Part shown: piece after piece, positions 28,004 through 38,910 of the stretch
How the letters are laid out: the number at the start of each line of letters is the position of its first letter
Numbering within the stretch: the stretch's first letter is position 1
Assembly: GCA_965221775.1 (NCBI GenBank)
Contig: CBDCSU010000006.1
Coordinates: forward strand, 2,016,001 to 2,080,000
Source of the DNA: Candidatus Latescibacterota bacterium
GTDB taxonomy: Bacteria; Latescibacterota; UBA2968; UBA8231
Length of the DNA stretch: 64,000 nucleotides
Direction of reading: 5' to 3'
Notes under the pieces: generated by a model
The model's database searches: none
Told to the model about the DNA's origin: nothing
The model's input: only the letters and a program-made list of their open reading frames with translations
Position numbers and translations under genes: made by a program

Positions 28004-28816
28004 TTACCCCGGCACTCTGTCCCGCAGCCACCGGAAGCACTTCTCGTAGCCGATCCCGCCCTCGCCCTCGGGACCCTCGTACTCCACCGTCCAGGCGCCG
28101 GAGTACCCGGCGTCGCGCAGGCAGCGGAGGGCGTGGTCCAGGTGGATCTCCCCCTCCCCGAGGGCGGCGCCCTTGTACTCGGAGCGGGAGCCGGTGCCGT
28201 CCTTGAGGTGGGTGTGGAAAGTGTGGGGGGCGAGGATCTCGTAGAAGTGGTCGATGCGGTCGAGGTCGTGGCCGAACCATCGGTAGTTCATGGTGTCGAG
28301 GTTGACCCCGAGGCGGTCGGAGCCGACGCGCTCGATCAGGTGGAGCTGCCAGTCGCCGTCGTTGGTGGAGACCCCGTGGTTGTCGAGGGCGATGCGCACG
28401 TCCAACTCCTCGAGGAATCCGGCGCAGCGCTGGAAGGCCTCCAGCATCATGCCGTCCCAGCGCTCGCGGGGGACCTGGCCGCCGCGGTCCCAGCCGCCGT
28501 CGGAGCGCACGATGTCGGTGCCGGCCCTCGGGATGATCTCGCAGACCCGGCGGTAGCGGCGGATCTGATCCTCGAAGTCGCCGCGGTCGGCCTGGATGAA
28601 GTCGTTGCCCGCGGAGACGGCCGAGACCTTCAGGCCGTGGCCCTCGAACAGGGCCCGCACCTCCTCGGCGCGGCGGCCGCCGTCGTCGTCGGCCTCGTCC
28701 CAGATGTCGCGGATCTGCAGCTCGCAGGACTGGTAGCCGATCTCGCTCGCCCGGCGGGCGAAGCCCTCGAGGTCGTACCCCGGCCAGCTGTGGTGGATGG
28801 CGCCGATCGTGCTCAT
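28004..28816 (-). CDS. Sugar phosphate isomerase/epimerase (xylose isomerase-like TIM barrel)
   Basis: IALDNHG, VNLDTMN, HTHLKD, LGEG, VEYE. Confidence 0.85.
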   Translation of the reverse strand: MSTIGAIHHSWPGYDLEGFARRASEIGYQSCELQIRDIWDEADDDGGRRAEEVRALFEGHGLKVSAVSAGNDFIQADRGDFEDQIRRYRRVCEIIPRAGTDIVRSDGGWDRGGQVPRERWDGMMLEAFQRCAGFLEELDVRIALDNHGVSTNDGDWQLHLIERVGSDRLGVNLDTMNYRWFGHDLDRIDHFYEILAPHTFHTHLKDGTGSRSEYKGAALGEGEIHLDHALRCLRDAGYSGAWTVEYEGPEGEGGIGYEKCFRWLRDRVPG

Positions 28817-28818
28817 GG

Positions 28819-29780
<962 letters not shown>

Positions 29781-29784
<4 letters not shown>

Positions 29785-30515
29785 GGGAGGTCTCCGGTGT
29801 GCAGATCGATGGTGGTGAAGGCTCTGCCCTTCTCGGTCACGGCGACGCGCACGAAGTCTAGGTGCTCCTCGCAGGGGTTGAGGAGGCCGTGGCCCTCGCC
29901 GGGGCGCTGCAGGGTGACGTGGCCGGGACCGATGCGCGTGGTGCGGTCGCCGATGGTCATCTCTCCGGCCCCCGAGAGGACGACGAAGACCTCGTCCATG
30001 TGCTCGTGGTAGTGGCGCCCCAGGGAGCTGCCCCGGGAGAGGACGGCGTGGTCGAGGAAGGTCCAGCTGCTGGCGAAGTCCTCCGGCCCCCACAGATGCC
30101 GGGTGGCGATGCGTCCGCCGCCGCCGTGGATGGCGTCGCGCCAGGGCAGCCGGTCGCGGGTGAAGGGCTCGCTCAGGAACCGTGCGCGCTCCGGATCGGC
30201 GCCGCTCACGCCGATGGCGATGAGGCGGGCGCCGACGGGCCCGGCGGTCAGACGGTGGTCGGCACCCACGCCGCACAGGAGCGCGGCGGGCGCGTCCACG
30301 GTCTCCGGCGCGCACTCGGCGGGGGCGATGGCCGCCGTCCCACGCAGCAGCAGGTAGCCGCACTCCACGTCGGGGGCCGGGCGGGCCTCGTGCACGGCCC
30401 CGGCCGGCAGGTCGATCAGGTCCAGCTGCGGCCACGGGGTCTCCCGCGGGGTGCCCAGGAACAGGGCCACGGGCTCTCCGGTCGGTCGGGCGACATCGTC
30501 GAGGCGCTGGATCAT
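29781..30515 (-). CDS. Cupin domain protein (bicupin-like)
   Basis: HYHEHMDEVFVVLSG...GEGHGL; 4-nt overlap with the DUF3500 gene. Confidence 0.8.
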
Positions 30516-30653
30516 GCGGGGTAAGGTAAGCCCGCGCCCACTACCGGCAACGGAGGTCCTCGGGGGACTCCCGCCGGGTGGCTGCGGTCACCTGCCCTTC
30601 GTAGTCTTGCCCGCGTTCTCCACTGACCACCCCTTCCGCCGAGCACGCCTTCC

Positions 30654-31769
30654 ATGTCCGCCGCCACTCCGCGCCGCCGCACCTCCGGCCCGTTGCGCGT
30701 CGGCGTCCTGGGGCAGGGCCGCAGCGGCTACGGCATCCACTGCCGCTGGTTCGAGCAGGCGCCCCGGAAGTACCGCATCGCCGCCGTGGCCGATCTGCTC
30801 GCCGACCGCCGCCGGGAGGCCGAGAGCCGTTTCGGCTGCGACAGCTACCGGGAGCACCGCGACCTGTTGTCCCGCGACGACCTCGACCTCGTGGTCAACG
30901 CCCTGCCGTCGCACCTGCACCCGCCGGTGACGATCGAGGCCCTGAAGGCCGGCCACCACGTGGTCTGCGAGAAGCCCGCCGCGTGGAACGTGGCCCAGCT
31001 CGACCGCATGATCGCCGCCGCCACCAAGGCCCGTCGCGTCCTGGCCCCCTTTCAGCAGTCCCGCTACCGGGCCCTGTTCCGCAAGAGTCTGGAGGTGATC
31101 GACTCCGGCGTGCTGGGGCGCATCCTGCAGGTGCGGATCACGGCCAACGGCTTCGCCCGCCGCTGGGACTGGCAGACCCTGCAGGAGTTCAAGGGCGGCA
31201 ACCTGCTCAACACCGGGCCTCACTTCCTCGACTGGGCCGTCTGCCTGCAGGGCTTCCGCAAGCCGGACGAGGTGTTCTGCGCCATGGACCGGGCCAACAC
31301 CTCCGGCGACGCCGAGGACTACGTGAAGGTGGTGCTCCGGAAGAAGGGGGCCCCCGTCATCGACCTGGAGATCTCGAGCTGCGACGCCTACCCGCCAGGA
31401 GAGACGATCAACGCCCAAGGGACGAGGGGAGGGCTGAGCGGCGGCAACGGCGGCCTGCGGTGGCGCTGGTACGATGAGAAGCAGACGCCGAGGCAGCGGC
31501 TGATCCGCAACCCCCTGCCCGAGCGGGCCTACTGCCGGGAGGAGCTGGAGTTCACCGAGGAGAGCTGGACGCCGACGGAGGCCGAGACCGACGCCTTCCG
31601 GTGGATGTCGAGGCGGTTTTACGATCACCTCCACGAGGTCCTGCGCGGCGGCGCCAAGCTCGACATCACCCCCCGGCAGGTGCGCGTGCAGATGGCGGTG
31701 ATGGAGGAGTGCCACCGGCAGGCGAAGCTGCCGAAGCTGCCGGCCAAGGGCTGGCCGAAAGGACGATGA
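30654..31769 (+). CDS. Gfo/Idh/MocA oxidoreductase
   Basis: VGVLGQGRSG, VVCEKP, GGNLLNTGPHFLD. Confidence 0.9.
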   Translation: MSAATPRRRTSGPLRVGVLGQGRSGYGIHCRWFEQAPRKYRIAAVADLLADRRREAESRFGCDSYREHRDLLSRDDLDLVVNALPSHLHPPVTIEALKAGHHVVCEKPAAWNVAQLDRMIAAATKARRVLAPFQQSRYRALFRKSLEVIDSGVLGRILQVRITANGFARRWDWQTLQEFKGGNLLNTGPHFLDWAVCLQGFRKPDEVFCAMDRANTSGDAEDYVKVVLRKKGAPVIDLEISSCDAYPPGETINAQGTRGGLSGGNGGLRWRWYDEKQTPRQRLIRNPLPERAYCREELEFTEESWTPTEAETDAFRWMSRRFYDHLHEVLRGGAKLDITPRQVRVQMAVMEECHRQAKLPKLPAKGWPKGR

Positions 31770-32803
31770 CCATGACCCCCGACCGGGAGCGCGCCTTCGA
31801 GACCGCCCTGGCCGCCCTGCCGCGGGTGCGGCTGGCCTCGGTGCGTCCGACGCCCCTGGAGCCGATGGCCCGCCTCAGCGCCGAGCTCGGCGGACCGGAC
31901 ATCTACATCAAGCGCGACGACCTGACGGGCCTGGCCTTCGGCGGCAACAAGACGCGCATGCTCGAGTTCTCCCTCGCCGACGCCAGGGAGCAGGGCGCCG
32001 AGGTGATCGTCACCGGCTCGGCGGTGCAGTCCAACTACTGCCGGCAGATGTCGGCCGCCTGCGCCCGCCTGGGCCTGGAGCTGCACCTGGTCCTGCGGCC
32101 GGTGCGCGGCATCGACCACGAGGAGGTGCAGGGCAACCACCTGCTGATGCGCCTCCTCGGCGCCCACGTGACTGTCCACGACGAGTCCGGGCGACAGTCC
32201 CACGCCGAGGCCCTCGCGGACAAGGCGGACCAGCTGCGCGCCGAGGGCCGCAGGGTCTACGAGCCGCGCACGGAGGAGACGGTCGACCTCGACGCCCTGG
32301 CCTACGCCGAGGCGGCGCTGGAGGTGGTGCGGCAGTCGCGGCAGCTCGGCATCGAGCCCCGGTTCCTCTACGTGGCGGCCCACGACACCACCCAGGCGGG
32401 AGTGGTCCTCGGCCTGAAGTACCTGGGCAGCGGCATCCACGTGCGCGGCTTCACCCCCATCGAGGACCGGCCGCGCCGGCGGGAGGAGATGCGCCGCATG
32501 GCCCTCCAGGGGGCGCGCCGCATCGGCCTGGAGGTGGAGCTCTCCGACGGGGACTTCGACAACGAGGAGTCCTTCGTCGGCGAGGGATACGGCATCCCCA
32601 CCGAGGCCTGCCTCGAGGCGGTGCGCACCACCGCCCGCACCGAGGGGGTGCTGCTCGATCCGGTCTACACGGGCAAGGCCATGGCGGCCCTCTGCGCCCA
32701 CGTGCGCCAGGGCAAGCTGACGAAGGAGGACGGTCCCGTGGTTTTCCTGCACACCGGCGGCAACCCCGCGCTCTTCGGATACGCCGGGGAGGTGATCGAA
32801 TGA
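31766..32803 (+). CDS. D-cysteine desulfhydrase / ACC deaminase family PLP enzyme
   Basis: KRDDLTGLAFGGNKTR, QSN, LLDPVYTGKA, FLHTGG. Confidence 0.9.
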   Translation: MTMTPDRERAFETALAALPRVRLASVRPTPLEPMARLSAELGGPDIYIKRDDLTGLAFGGNKTRMLEFSLADAREQGAEVIVTGSAVQSNYCRQMSAACARLGLELHLVLRPVRGIDHEEVQGNHLLMRLLGAHVTVHDESGRQSHAEALADKADQLRAEGRRVYEPRTEETVDLDALAYAEAALEVVRQSRQLGIEPRFLYVAAHDTTQAGVVLGLKYLGSGIHVRGFTPIEDRPRRREEMRRMALQGARRIGLEVELSDGDFDNEESFVGEGYGIPTEACLEAVRTTARTEGVLLDPVYTGKAMAALCAHVRQGKLTKEDGPVVFLHTGGNPALFGYAGEVIE

Positions 32804-33297
32804 GCCGGGTGGACTACGCGGTGATGGACACGCCCCTGGACGGCCTCGGGGTGGCGTGGTCGGCGGCGGGACTGCGGCGCATCTGGTTCGCCTGTGCCGA
32901 CGCGGCACCGCCGGTGCCGGCGGAGTGGCGCCGGCGGCCCGGGCCCGCCTTCGGCGCCGGCGAGCAGCTGGCCGCCTACTTCGCCGGGGAGCGGCTCGAG
33001 TTCGATCTGCCCCTCGACGCCTGCGGCACGCCCTTCCAGCGCCGGGTGTGGCAGGCGTTGACGGAGATCCCCTATGGCGGCACGTGCACCTACGGCGAGA
33101 TCGCCCGGCGCCTCGGCCGTCCGCGGGCGGCGCGCGCCGTGGGCGGCGCCAACCACCACAATCCGCTGCCCGTGGTCGTCCCCTGCCACCGTGTCATCGG
33201 CGCCGGCGGGTCCCTGACCGGCTATGCGGGGGGCCTCCGGATCAAGCGCTTCCTCCTCGACCTCGAGGCCGGAAGCAGTTCCCGCGCCGCCGCCTGA
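32800..33297 (+). CDS. ogt: Methylated-DNA-protein-cysteine methyltransferase
   Basis: GTPFQRRVW, IPYG, ARAVGGA, VPCHRV. Confidence 0.95.
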   Translation: MSRVDYAVMDTPLDGLGVAWSAAGLRRIWFACADAAPPVPAEWRRRPGPAFGAGEQLAAYFAGERLEFDLPLDACGTPFQRRVWQALTEIPYGGTCTYGEIARRLGRPRAARAVGGANHHNPLPVVVPCHRVIGAGGSLTGYAGGLRIKRFLLDLEAGSSSRAAA

Positions 33298-33321
33298 GAA
33301 CCCCCACCGAGGAGGCCATCC

Positions 33322-34332
33322 GTGAAGATCACCCGCATCGACCGCTACGTCACCGCCGTCCCTCACATCCCCTCCATCGAGAAGAGCCGCCCCGGCCACT
33401 ACCGCGACAACCCGATCACCATCGTCGAGGTGCACACCGACGAGGGCCTCACGGGCCTCGGCGAGGGCGGGCGGGGCGACCTGATGGAGGGCGTCGAGGA
33501 GGCGTGGGTGGGAAGAGACCCCCTGGCGCTCGAGCTGCCAAACATGGGCGGCGCCATGGCCATGGCCTGCTACGACATCGCCGGGAAGGCATACGGCCTG
33601 CCGGCCTGCCGACTCATGGGGGCCCGGCACTGGAGCGCGGTCCCCGTGGGCTGGTGGTCGCCTCCCCTGGAGCCGGCGGAGTTCGCGGCCATGGCGGAGG
33701 AGGGCGCGAGGCTTGGCTACAAGACCCACAAGCTCAAGGCCCGCCCCTGGAACATCGTCGAGACCGTCGAGCTCATGACAAAGGTCGCCGGTCCCGACTA
33801 CGGCATCATCGTCGATCCCAACTTCTCCTTCGGCGACCTGGCCACCTCCCTGCGCCTGGCGCGGCAGCTGGCGGGCTACAACATCCAGGCGTTCGAGGAT
33901 CCCTTCCGCTACCGGCCCGGCTGGCACCAGTACCACCACTTCCGCCAGCACTCGGCGATCCCCCTGGCGCCGCACCTGCACGACCCCGAGCAGGTCATGA
34001 GCGCCATCCGCGCCGACGCCGCCGACGCCTTCAACCTCGGCGGCTCGGTGGAGAGCGCGCAGATCATGGCCGGCATGGCCGGGGCCGCCGGACTGCCGGT
34101 GTGGCTGCAGGTCGTCGGACTCGGGCTGGGGGTCTCAGGCGCCTACGGCACCCACGTGCACGCCGTGATCCCCAACGCCACGATTCCCTCCGACTCCCTT
34201 CACTTCACCCGGGAGAACGACCTCATCGGCGGAGCCCTGACCCCGAAGGACGGCATGGTGCAGGTGCCGACAGCGCCGGGACTGGGGGTGGACCTGGACA
34301 GGGCGGCGGTGGAGAAGTACCGGGTGGGCTGA
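33322..34332 (+). CDS. Mandelate racemase/muconate lactonizing enzyme family
   Basis: VHTDEGLTGLGE, KLK, VDPN, EDP, PGLGVDLD. Confidence 0.88.
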   Translation: MKITRIDRYVTAVPHIPSIEKSRPGHYRDNPITIVEVHTDEGLTGLGEGGRGDLMEGVEEAWVGRDPLALELPNMGGAMAMACYDIAGKAYGLPACRLMGARHWSAVPVGWWSPPLEPAEFAAMAEEGARLGYKTHKLKARPWNIVETVELMTKVAGPDYGIIVDPNFSFGDLATSLRLARQLAGYNIQAFEDPFRYRPGWHQYHHFRQHSAIPLAPHLHDPEQVMSAIRADAADAFNLGGSVESAQIMAGMAGAAGLPVWLQVVGLGLGVSGAYGTHVHAVIPNATIPSDSLHFTRENDLIGGALTPKDGMVQVPTAPGLGVDLDRAAVEKYRVG

Positions 34333-34399
34333 AGCACCCCCTCCTCTTGTATGCAGGCGGAGATGTGCCTACATTGCAGGCATAGATAGGAGGCACACC

Positions 34400-34642
34400 A
34401 TGCAGTACACCCTTCGCGGCGTTCCCGATCACGTCGACCGCGTCCTGCGCGAGCGGGCGGTGAGCTACGGCTGGAGTCTGAACCGGGTCGCCCTGGAGGC
34501 CCTGGAGCAGGGGCTCGGACTGGAGCGGCAGGAGAGACGGTTCCACGATCTCGACCACCTCGCCGGCACCTGGGTCGACGACCCGGGGTTCGACCGCGTG
34601 ATCGAGGAGATGGACACGATCGACGAAGAACTCTGGTCGTGA
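34400..34642 (+). CDS. vapB: Antitoxin (RHH-like)
   Basis: YTLRGVP...SLNRVALEAL...DLDHLAGTW; overlaps the PIN gene; imperfect palindrome TGCCTACA-T-TGCAGGCA upstream. Confidence 0.75.
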   Translation: MQYTLRGVPDHVDRVLRERAVSYGWSLNRVALEALEQGLGLERQERRFHDLDHLAGTWVDDPGFDRVIEEMDTIDEELWS

Positions 34643-35025
34643 GGATCGCCATCGACACCAATCGCTACCGGGACTTCTGCGCCGGCGATGCCGACTGCCT
34701 CGATCTGGTGCAGCGAGCGGAGCGCGTCTACCTGCCCTTCATCGCTCTCGGGGAGCTGCGCGCCGGGTTCCTGGCCGGTTCGCGGACCGGGCCCAACGAG
34801 CGGGTCCTGGATCGGTTCCTCTCATCGCCGAGAGTCGAGGTCCTCTTCCCCACGGCGGCCACGACGCGCCAGTACGCCCAGTTGTACCTGCAGTTGCGCA
34901 CCCAGGGGACGCCGATCCCCGCCAACGACCTGTGGATCGCCGCCCTGGTCTTGGAGAACGATGTGCACCTGTTTTCCCGCGACGCCCACTTCGACCGGCT
35001 GCCCCAGCTGCCGCGGGCGGCCTGA
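34639..35025 (+). CDS. vapC: VapC-family PIN-domain toxin
   Basis: IDTN, GEL, IPANDLWIAA, SRDAHF. Confidence 0.92.
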   Translation: MRIAIDTNRYRDFCAGDADCLDLVQRAERVYLPFIALGELRAGFLAGSRTGPNERVLDRFLSSPRVEVLFPTAATTRQYAQLYLQLRTQGTPIPANDLWIAALVLENDVHLFSRDAHFDRLPQLPRAA

Positions 35026-35035
35026 AGGCCCCGAC

Positions 35036-35890
35036 ATGGTCCCGGACCTCGACACCTACCTCTTCGACCTGCGTGGCTACATCCACCTGCGCGGCGCCCT
35101 GTCGCCGGAGGAGGTCGCTGCCTGCAACGCCGGTCTCGACGCCATCCCGCGCCTGGAGCCGGGCCAGTGGTACGGCCATGTGCAGGGCCACACCTACGGC
35201 ACCCTGGACGGCCTCAACTACCAGCAGATCTACGAGGCGGGGGAGCCCTTCGAGCGGCTCATCGACCACCCCTCGTGGATCGAGCACGTCAAGCTCTTCG
35301 TCGGCGGCGAGGGCACCTTCGACTACCACCACGGCCCGCTGTTCATCGACGAGTGCTTCGCCAGCTTCCGCGGGCCCGGCGAGGCGATCGGACTCCACTC
35401 GGGCGGGTATCCGCCCATCCACCGCAACCAGTTCCGCTACCACGGCGGGCGTTTCATGTGCGGCCAGGTGAACGTGCTGGTGGCCCTCACCGACATCGGG
35501 GCCGGCGACGGCTGCACCATGCTGATCCCCGGCAGCCACAAGTCGAACTTCCAGCACCCGGAGTACCACCGGAAACACATGAGGCCGGGGGGCGCCACCG
35601 TCGAGGGGACCGAAGGCGCCGTGGAGGTCCACATCGCCGCCGGCGACGCCCTGGTCTTCGTGGACGGCATCTCCCACGGCTCGGCCCGGCGCAGCAACCC
35701 TGGCGAGCGGCGGGTGTGTGTCTACCGCTACGGGCCGTCGTGGGGGAACTTCCGGCTCGGGTACGCGCCCTCGCCGGAGCTGCTGGCGCGGCTGACGCCG
35801 GAGCGCCGCCGGATCGTGCAGCCCCTGGAGTTGCTGCCCCGGGAGCCGCAGGTCAAGCCGCCGGCCGCCTCCGAGGGAGGCGCAACGTGA
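35036..35890 (+). CDS. PhyH-family Fe/2OG enzyme lacking the facial-triad Asp (HSG)
   Basis: FDLRGY, LHSGG, ALTD...DG...IPGSHK, SHGS...RR. Confidence 0.8.
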   Translation: MVPDLDTYLFDLRGYIHLRGALSPEEVAACNAGLDAIPRLEPGQWYGHVQGHTYGTLDGLNYQQIYEAGEPFERLIDHPSWIEHVKLFVGGEGTFDYHHGPLFIDECFASFRGPGEAIGLHSGGYPPIHRNQFRYHGGRFMCGQVNVLVALTDIGAGDGCTMLIPGSHKSNFQHPEYHRKHMRPGGATVEGTEGAVEVHIAAGDALVFVDGISHGSARRSNPGERRVCVYRYGPSWGNFRLGYAPSPELLARLTPERRRIVQPLELLPREPQVKPPAASEGGAT

Positions 35891-35995
35891 TCAGGCGTGC
35901 CGCCGCGGGTAACGCGGCCTCCGGCCGTCTCCGAGGGAGTGCCGCCGCAGGTGCGCTGGACCGGCGGCAGGGCTCCCGGGCCCGGGACGGGCGCC

Positions 35996-37636
35996 ATGAG
36001 TGACCCCGCCCTCCATCTGCCGCTGGACGACTCCCGGGCGCCGCCCGGGGGGCCGGCCAAAGCGCGCCGCTTCGACGGCGGCGAGGGCCTGACCCTGCCG
36101 GCGGCGGACACCCCGGCCCTCGGCACCGGGGACCTCACCATCGATCTGTGGCTGAACCCCGACGCCGACGGCGGCACCGTGGGCGACCTCGTGTCGCGCT
36201 TCGACCCCGTGTCGCGCCGCGGCTTCGCCCTCTCCTGCGTCAGCCACAGCGGCGTCACCTCCACGAGCCAGGCGAACCTGCGGGGCCTGCAGTTCGGCAT
36301 CGACGCGGGGCGGCTGCCCGACGCAGCCGATCCGTGCGCCGACCCGCTTCTGCAGCCGACGCCGTGGGTCGACCGGGGCCGCCCGGGCGCCGCCATGCAC
36401 GTGGCCGCCCTGCACACCTCGGGCGGCGACCTGTTCGCCGGCACCTTCGAGATGGAGGCGGACGAGCGCGGCCACCTGTGGCGCTACGGCGGCGGCGACC
36501 TCTGGCACGACCTCGGCGGGGCGCCGGACGGCTCCAGCGTCGTCGACGCCATCGCCCGTTTCGACGGCGGCCTCTACTGCGGCACCGGGCGCTACATGCC
36601 GCAAGGTTCCGCCCTGGGGCCGGTGCGCAACAACCGGCCGGGGGGCACGGTGTGGCGCGTCGACGGCGACGGCGCCTGGGTCGACTGCGGGCGGCCGGGC
36701 GGCGAGGACGCCACGCCCGAGGAGGTGGAGGTGTCCGGCTATGCCACGGGCAAGGCCGACCAGGCCTCGGCTCTCACCGAGTTCGAGGGGCGCCTCTACT
36801 GCACCAGCTTCCACCGCCGCGGCGCCTTCGTGTACGAGGGCGGCAAGGACTGGCGCTACGTGGGGCCCGACGAGCGGCTGATCGCCTTCGCCGTTTTCGA
36901 GGGGAACCTGCTGGCCCTGGTCAACGGCGGGCCGGTGCTGCGCTACGCCGGCGGCGAGAGCTGGGAGGACTGGGGCCATCCGCAGGGCTCGACCCAGACC
37001 TACTCGGCCGCGGTCTACGGCGGCTGCCTGCACGTGGGCACCTGGCCCTGCGGTACCGTGCACCGCCGCGGCGAGGACGGCCGCTGGACGGAGCTGACGC
37101 GCCCGGGGTACGAGCGCGAGATCATGGCCATGGCCGTCTTCAACCAGAAGCTCTACGTCGGCGGCCTGCCCATGGGCATCGTCTACCGCCACGACCCCGC
37201 CGACGGAGGGGGGGATGCCTTCTCCTACGTGGGCACCCTGGACGCCACTCCCGGAGTGGTCCTGCGGCGGGTGTGGTCCATGTCCGTGTTCGACGGCCAG
37301 CTCTTTGCCGGCACCCTGCCCTCGGGCCGGGTGTGGAGCCTGCGCGCCGGTGCCCTGGCCACCTTCGACGACGTGTTGAGCCCCGGCTGGCACCACTTGG
37401 CGGCGGTGCGCCGCTCGGGGCGGCTGGAGCTGTTCGTCGACGGGAGGCCCGCCGGCCGCTCGGCGGCCTTCGCCCCGGAGGACTACGACGTCGACGCCGG
37501 GGTGCCGCTGCGCGTAGGCGCCGGGTGCCATGCCGGCCTGCGGGGGTGGCTGGCCGATGTGCGAGTCCACGGCCGCGCCCTGTCGGCGGAAGAGGTGGCC
37601 GCGGCCCTCGGCCAAGCCGGTGGTCTCGCCGGGTAG
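35996..37636 (+). CDS. LamG-like jellyroll interrupted by a beta-propeller
   Basis: N-terminal FDG...TIDLWLNP; central repeats (FDGGLYCGT, FEGRLY, YGGCLHVGT, FNQKLYVG, FDGQLFAGT); C-terminal GWHHLAAV...LFVDG...DVRVHGRALS. Confidence 0.75.
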   Translation: MSDPALHLPLDDSRAPPGGPAKARRFDGGEGLTLPAADTPALGTGDLTIDLWLNPDADGGTVGDLVSRFDPVSRRGFALSCVSHSGVTSTSQANLRGLQFGIDAGRLPDAADPCADPLLQPTPWVDRGRPGAAMHVAALHTSGGDLFAGTFEMEADERGHLWRYGGGDLWHDLGGAPDGSSVVDAIARFDGGLYCGTGRYMPQGSALGPVRNNRPGGTVWRVDGDGAWVDCGRPGGEDATPEEVEVSGYATGKADQASALTEFEGRLYCTSFHRRGAFVYEGGKDWRYVGPDERLIAFAVFEGNLLALVNGGPVLRYAGGESWEDWGHPQGSTQTYSAAVYGGCLHVGTWPCGTVHRRGEDGRWTELTRPGYEREIMAMAVFNQKLYVGGLPMGIVYRHDPADGGGDAFSYVGTLDATPGVVLRRVWSMSVFDGQLFAGTLPSGRVWSLRAGALATFDDVLSPGWHHLAAVRRSGRLELFVDGRPAGRSAAFAPEDYDVDAGVPLRVGAGCHAGLRGWLADVRVHGRALSAEEVAAALGQAGGLAG

Positions 37637-37829
37637 CCCCGGACGAGGCGGGTCCCTCGGCTGGAGATCGCTGCCCCGGGCTGCCGCCGGGTTCGCGCAG
37701 ACCCTGGCTCGCCGGTAGCGCCGGCGGACGGGGGTGTCCCTCGGACAGCGGTCGCTGCCGTGGGTTCGCGCAACCACCGGCTCGCAGCCGCCATCACCCG
37801 CTCTTCCGCTTCACCCGGAGATCCCTGCC

Positions 37830-38873
37830 GTGACCAGGCGCACCCGCTCCTCCGATCCCCAGCTCTCGCCCTCTCTATACCACCGCTGGCTGATGGACCA
37901 CACGGAGCCCGCCCTGGCATGGGACGGGCGCGACCTGACGGCCTGGCAGCGCCGGCTACGCCGCCGGGTGCGCGAGCGCATCGGACTGCCGGCGAGGGAG
38001 CGTGAGCCCCTGCGGGTGCGCTCCCTGTGGAAGCGGCCGCACGAGCTGGGCACGATCGAGAAGATCCTCTTCCGCGCCGAGCCGCGGGCCGACGTGATGG
38101 CCTACGTCTGCCTGCCGGCGGGCGTGGAAGGGCCGCTCCCGTGGTTCGTCTGCGTGCAGGGGCATACGACGGGGGCCCACTGCTCGATCGCGGTGGAGCG
38201 GGAGGACGAGACGCGGGAGATGGAGGTCGACGGAGACCGCGACTTCGGCCTGGGCTGCATGCGCCGCGGCATCGCCGCCCTGTGCATCGAGCAGCGCTCC
38301 TTCGGCGAGCGCCGCGAGCAGCACCAGGAGAGGGTATCCCAGCACGGCTGCCACGACGCGGCCATGCACGCCATCATGCTGGGCCGGACGCTGATCGGCG
38401 AGCGCGTCTTCGACGTCGACCGGGGGCTGGACTACCTGAAGACGCGGTCCGACGTCGACTGGAAGCGCGTCGGTGTCATGGGCAACTCAGGGGGCGGGAC
38501 GATCAGCCTCTTCGCGGCCGCCACCCTGCCGCGGCTGCGCTTCGCCATGCCCTCCTGCTACTTCTGCACCTTCCGCGACTCGATCATGTCGATCTACCAC
38601 TGCGCCGACAACTACGTGCCGGGGCTGCTGCAGGACGCGGAGATGGCCGACGTGATGGGCCTGTTCGCGCCGCGGCCGGTGGTCTGCGTGGCCGGGCGGG
38701 AGGACCCCATCTTCCCCATCAAGGGGGTGCGCAAGGCTTTCCGCCGTCTGAAGGAGATCTACCGGGCCGCCGGCGCCGAGGACCGCTGCCGCCTCGTGGT
38801 CGGCGGCGAGGGGCATCGGTTCTACGCCGACCCGGCGTGGAAGAAGATGCTGCCGATGGTGGAGCGTGGGTGA
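37830..38873 (+). CDS. Alpha/beta hydrolase (dienelactone hydrolase / abhydrolase_7-like)
   Basis: GVMGNSGGG nucleophile elbow; HCADNYVPG, APRP, GHRFY. Confidence 0.85.
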   Translation: MTRRTRSSDPQLSPSLYHRWLMDHTEPALAWDGRDLTAWQRRLRRRVRERIGLPAREREPLRVRSLWKRPHELGTIEKILFRAEPRADVMAYVCLPAGVEGPLPWFVCVQGHTTGAHCSIAVEREDETREMEVDGDRDFGLGCMRRGIAALCIEQRSFGERREQHQERVSQHGCHDAAMHAIMLGRTLIGERVFDVDRGLDYLKTRSDVDWKRVGVMGNSGGGTISLFAAATLPRLRFAMPSCYFCTFRDSIMSIYHCADNYVPGLLQDAEMADVMGLFAPRPVVCVAGREDPIFPIKGVRKAFRRLKEIYRAAGAEDRCRLVVGGEGHRFYADPAWKKMLPMVERG

Positions 38874-38910
38874 GGAGCGGAGGACGGGTCCGGGCGGGCG
38901 CGCCCGGGCT

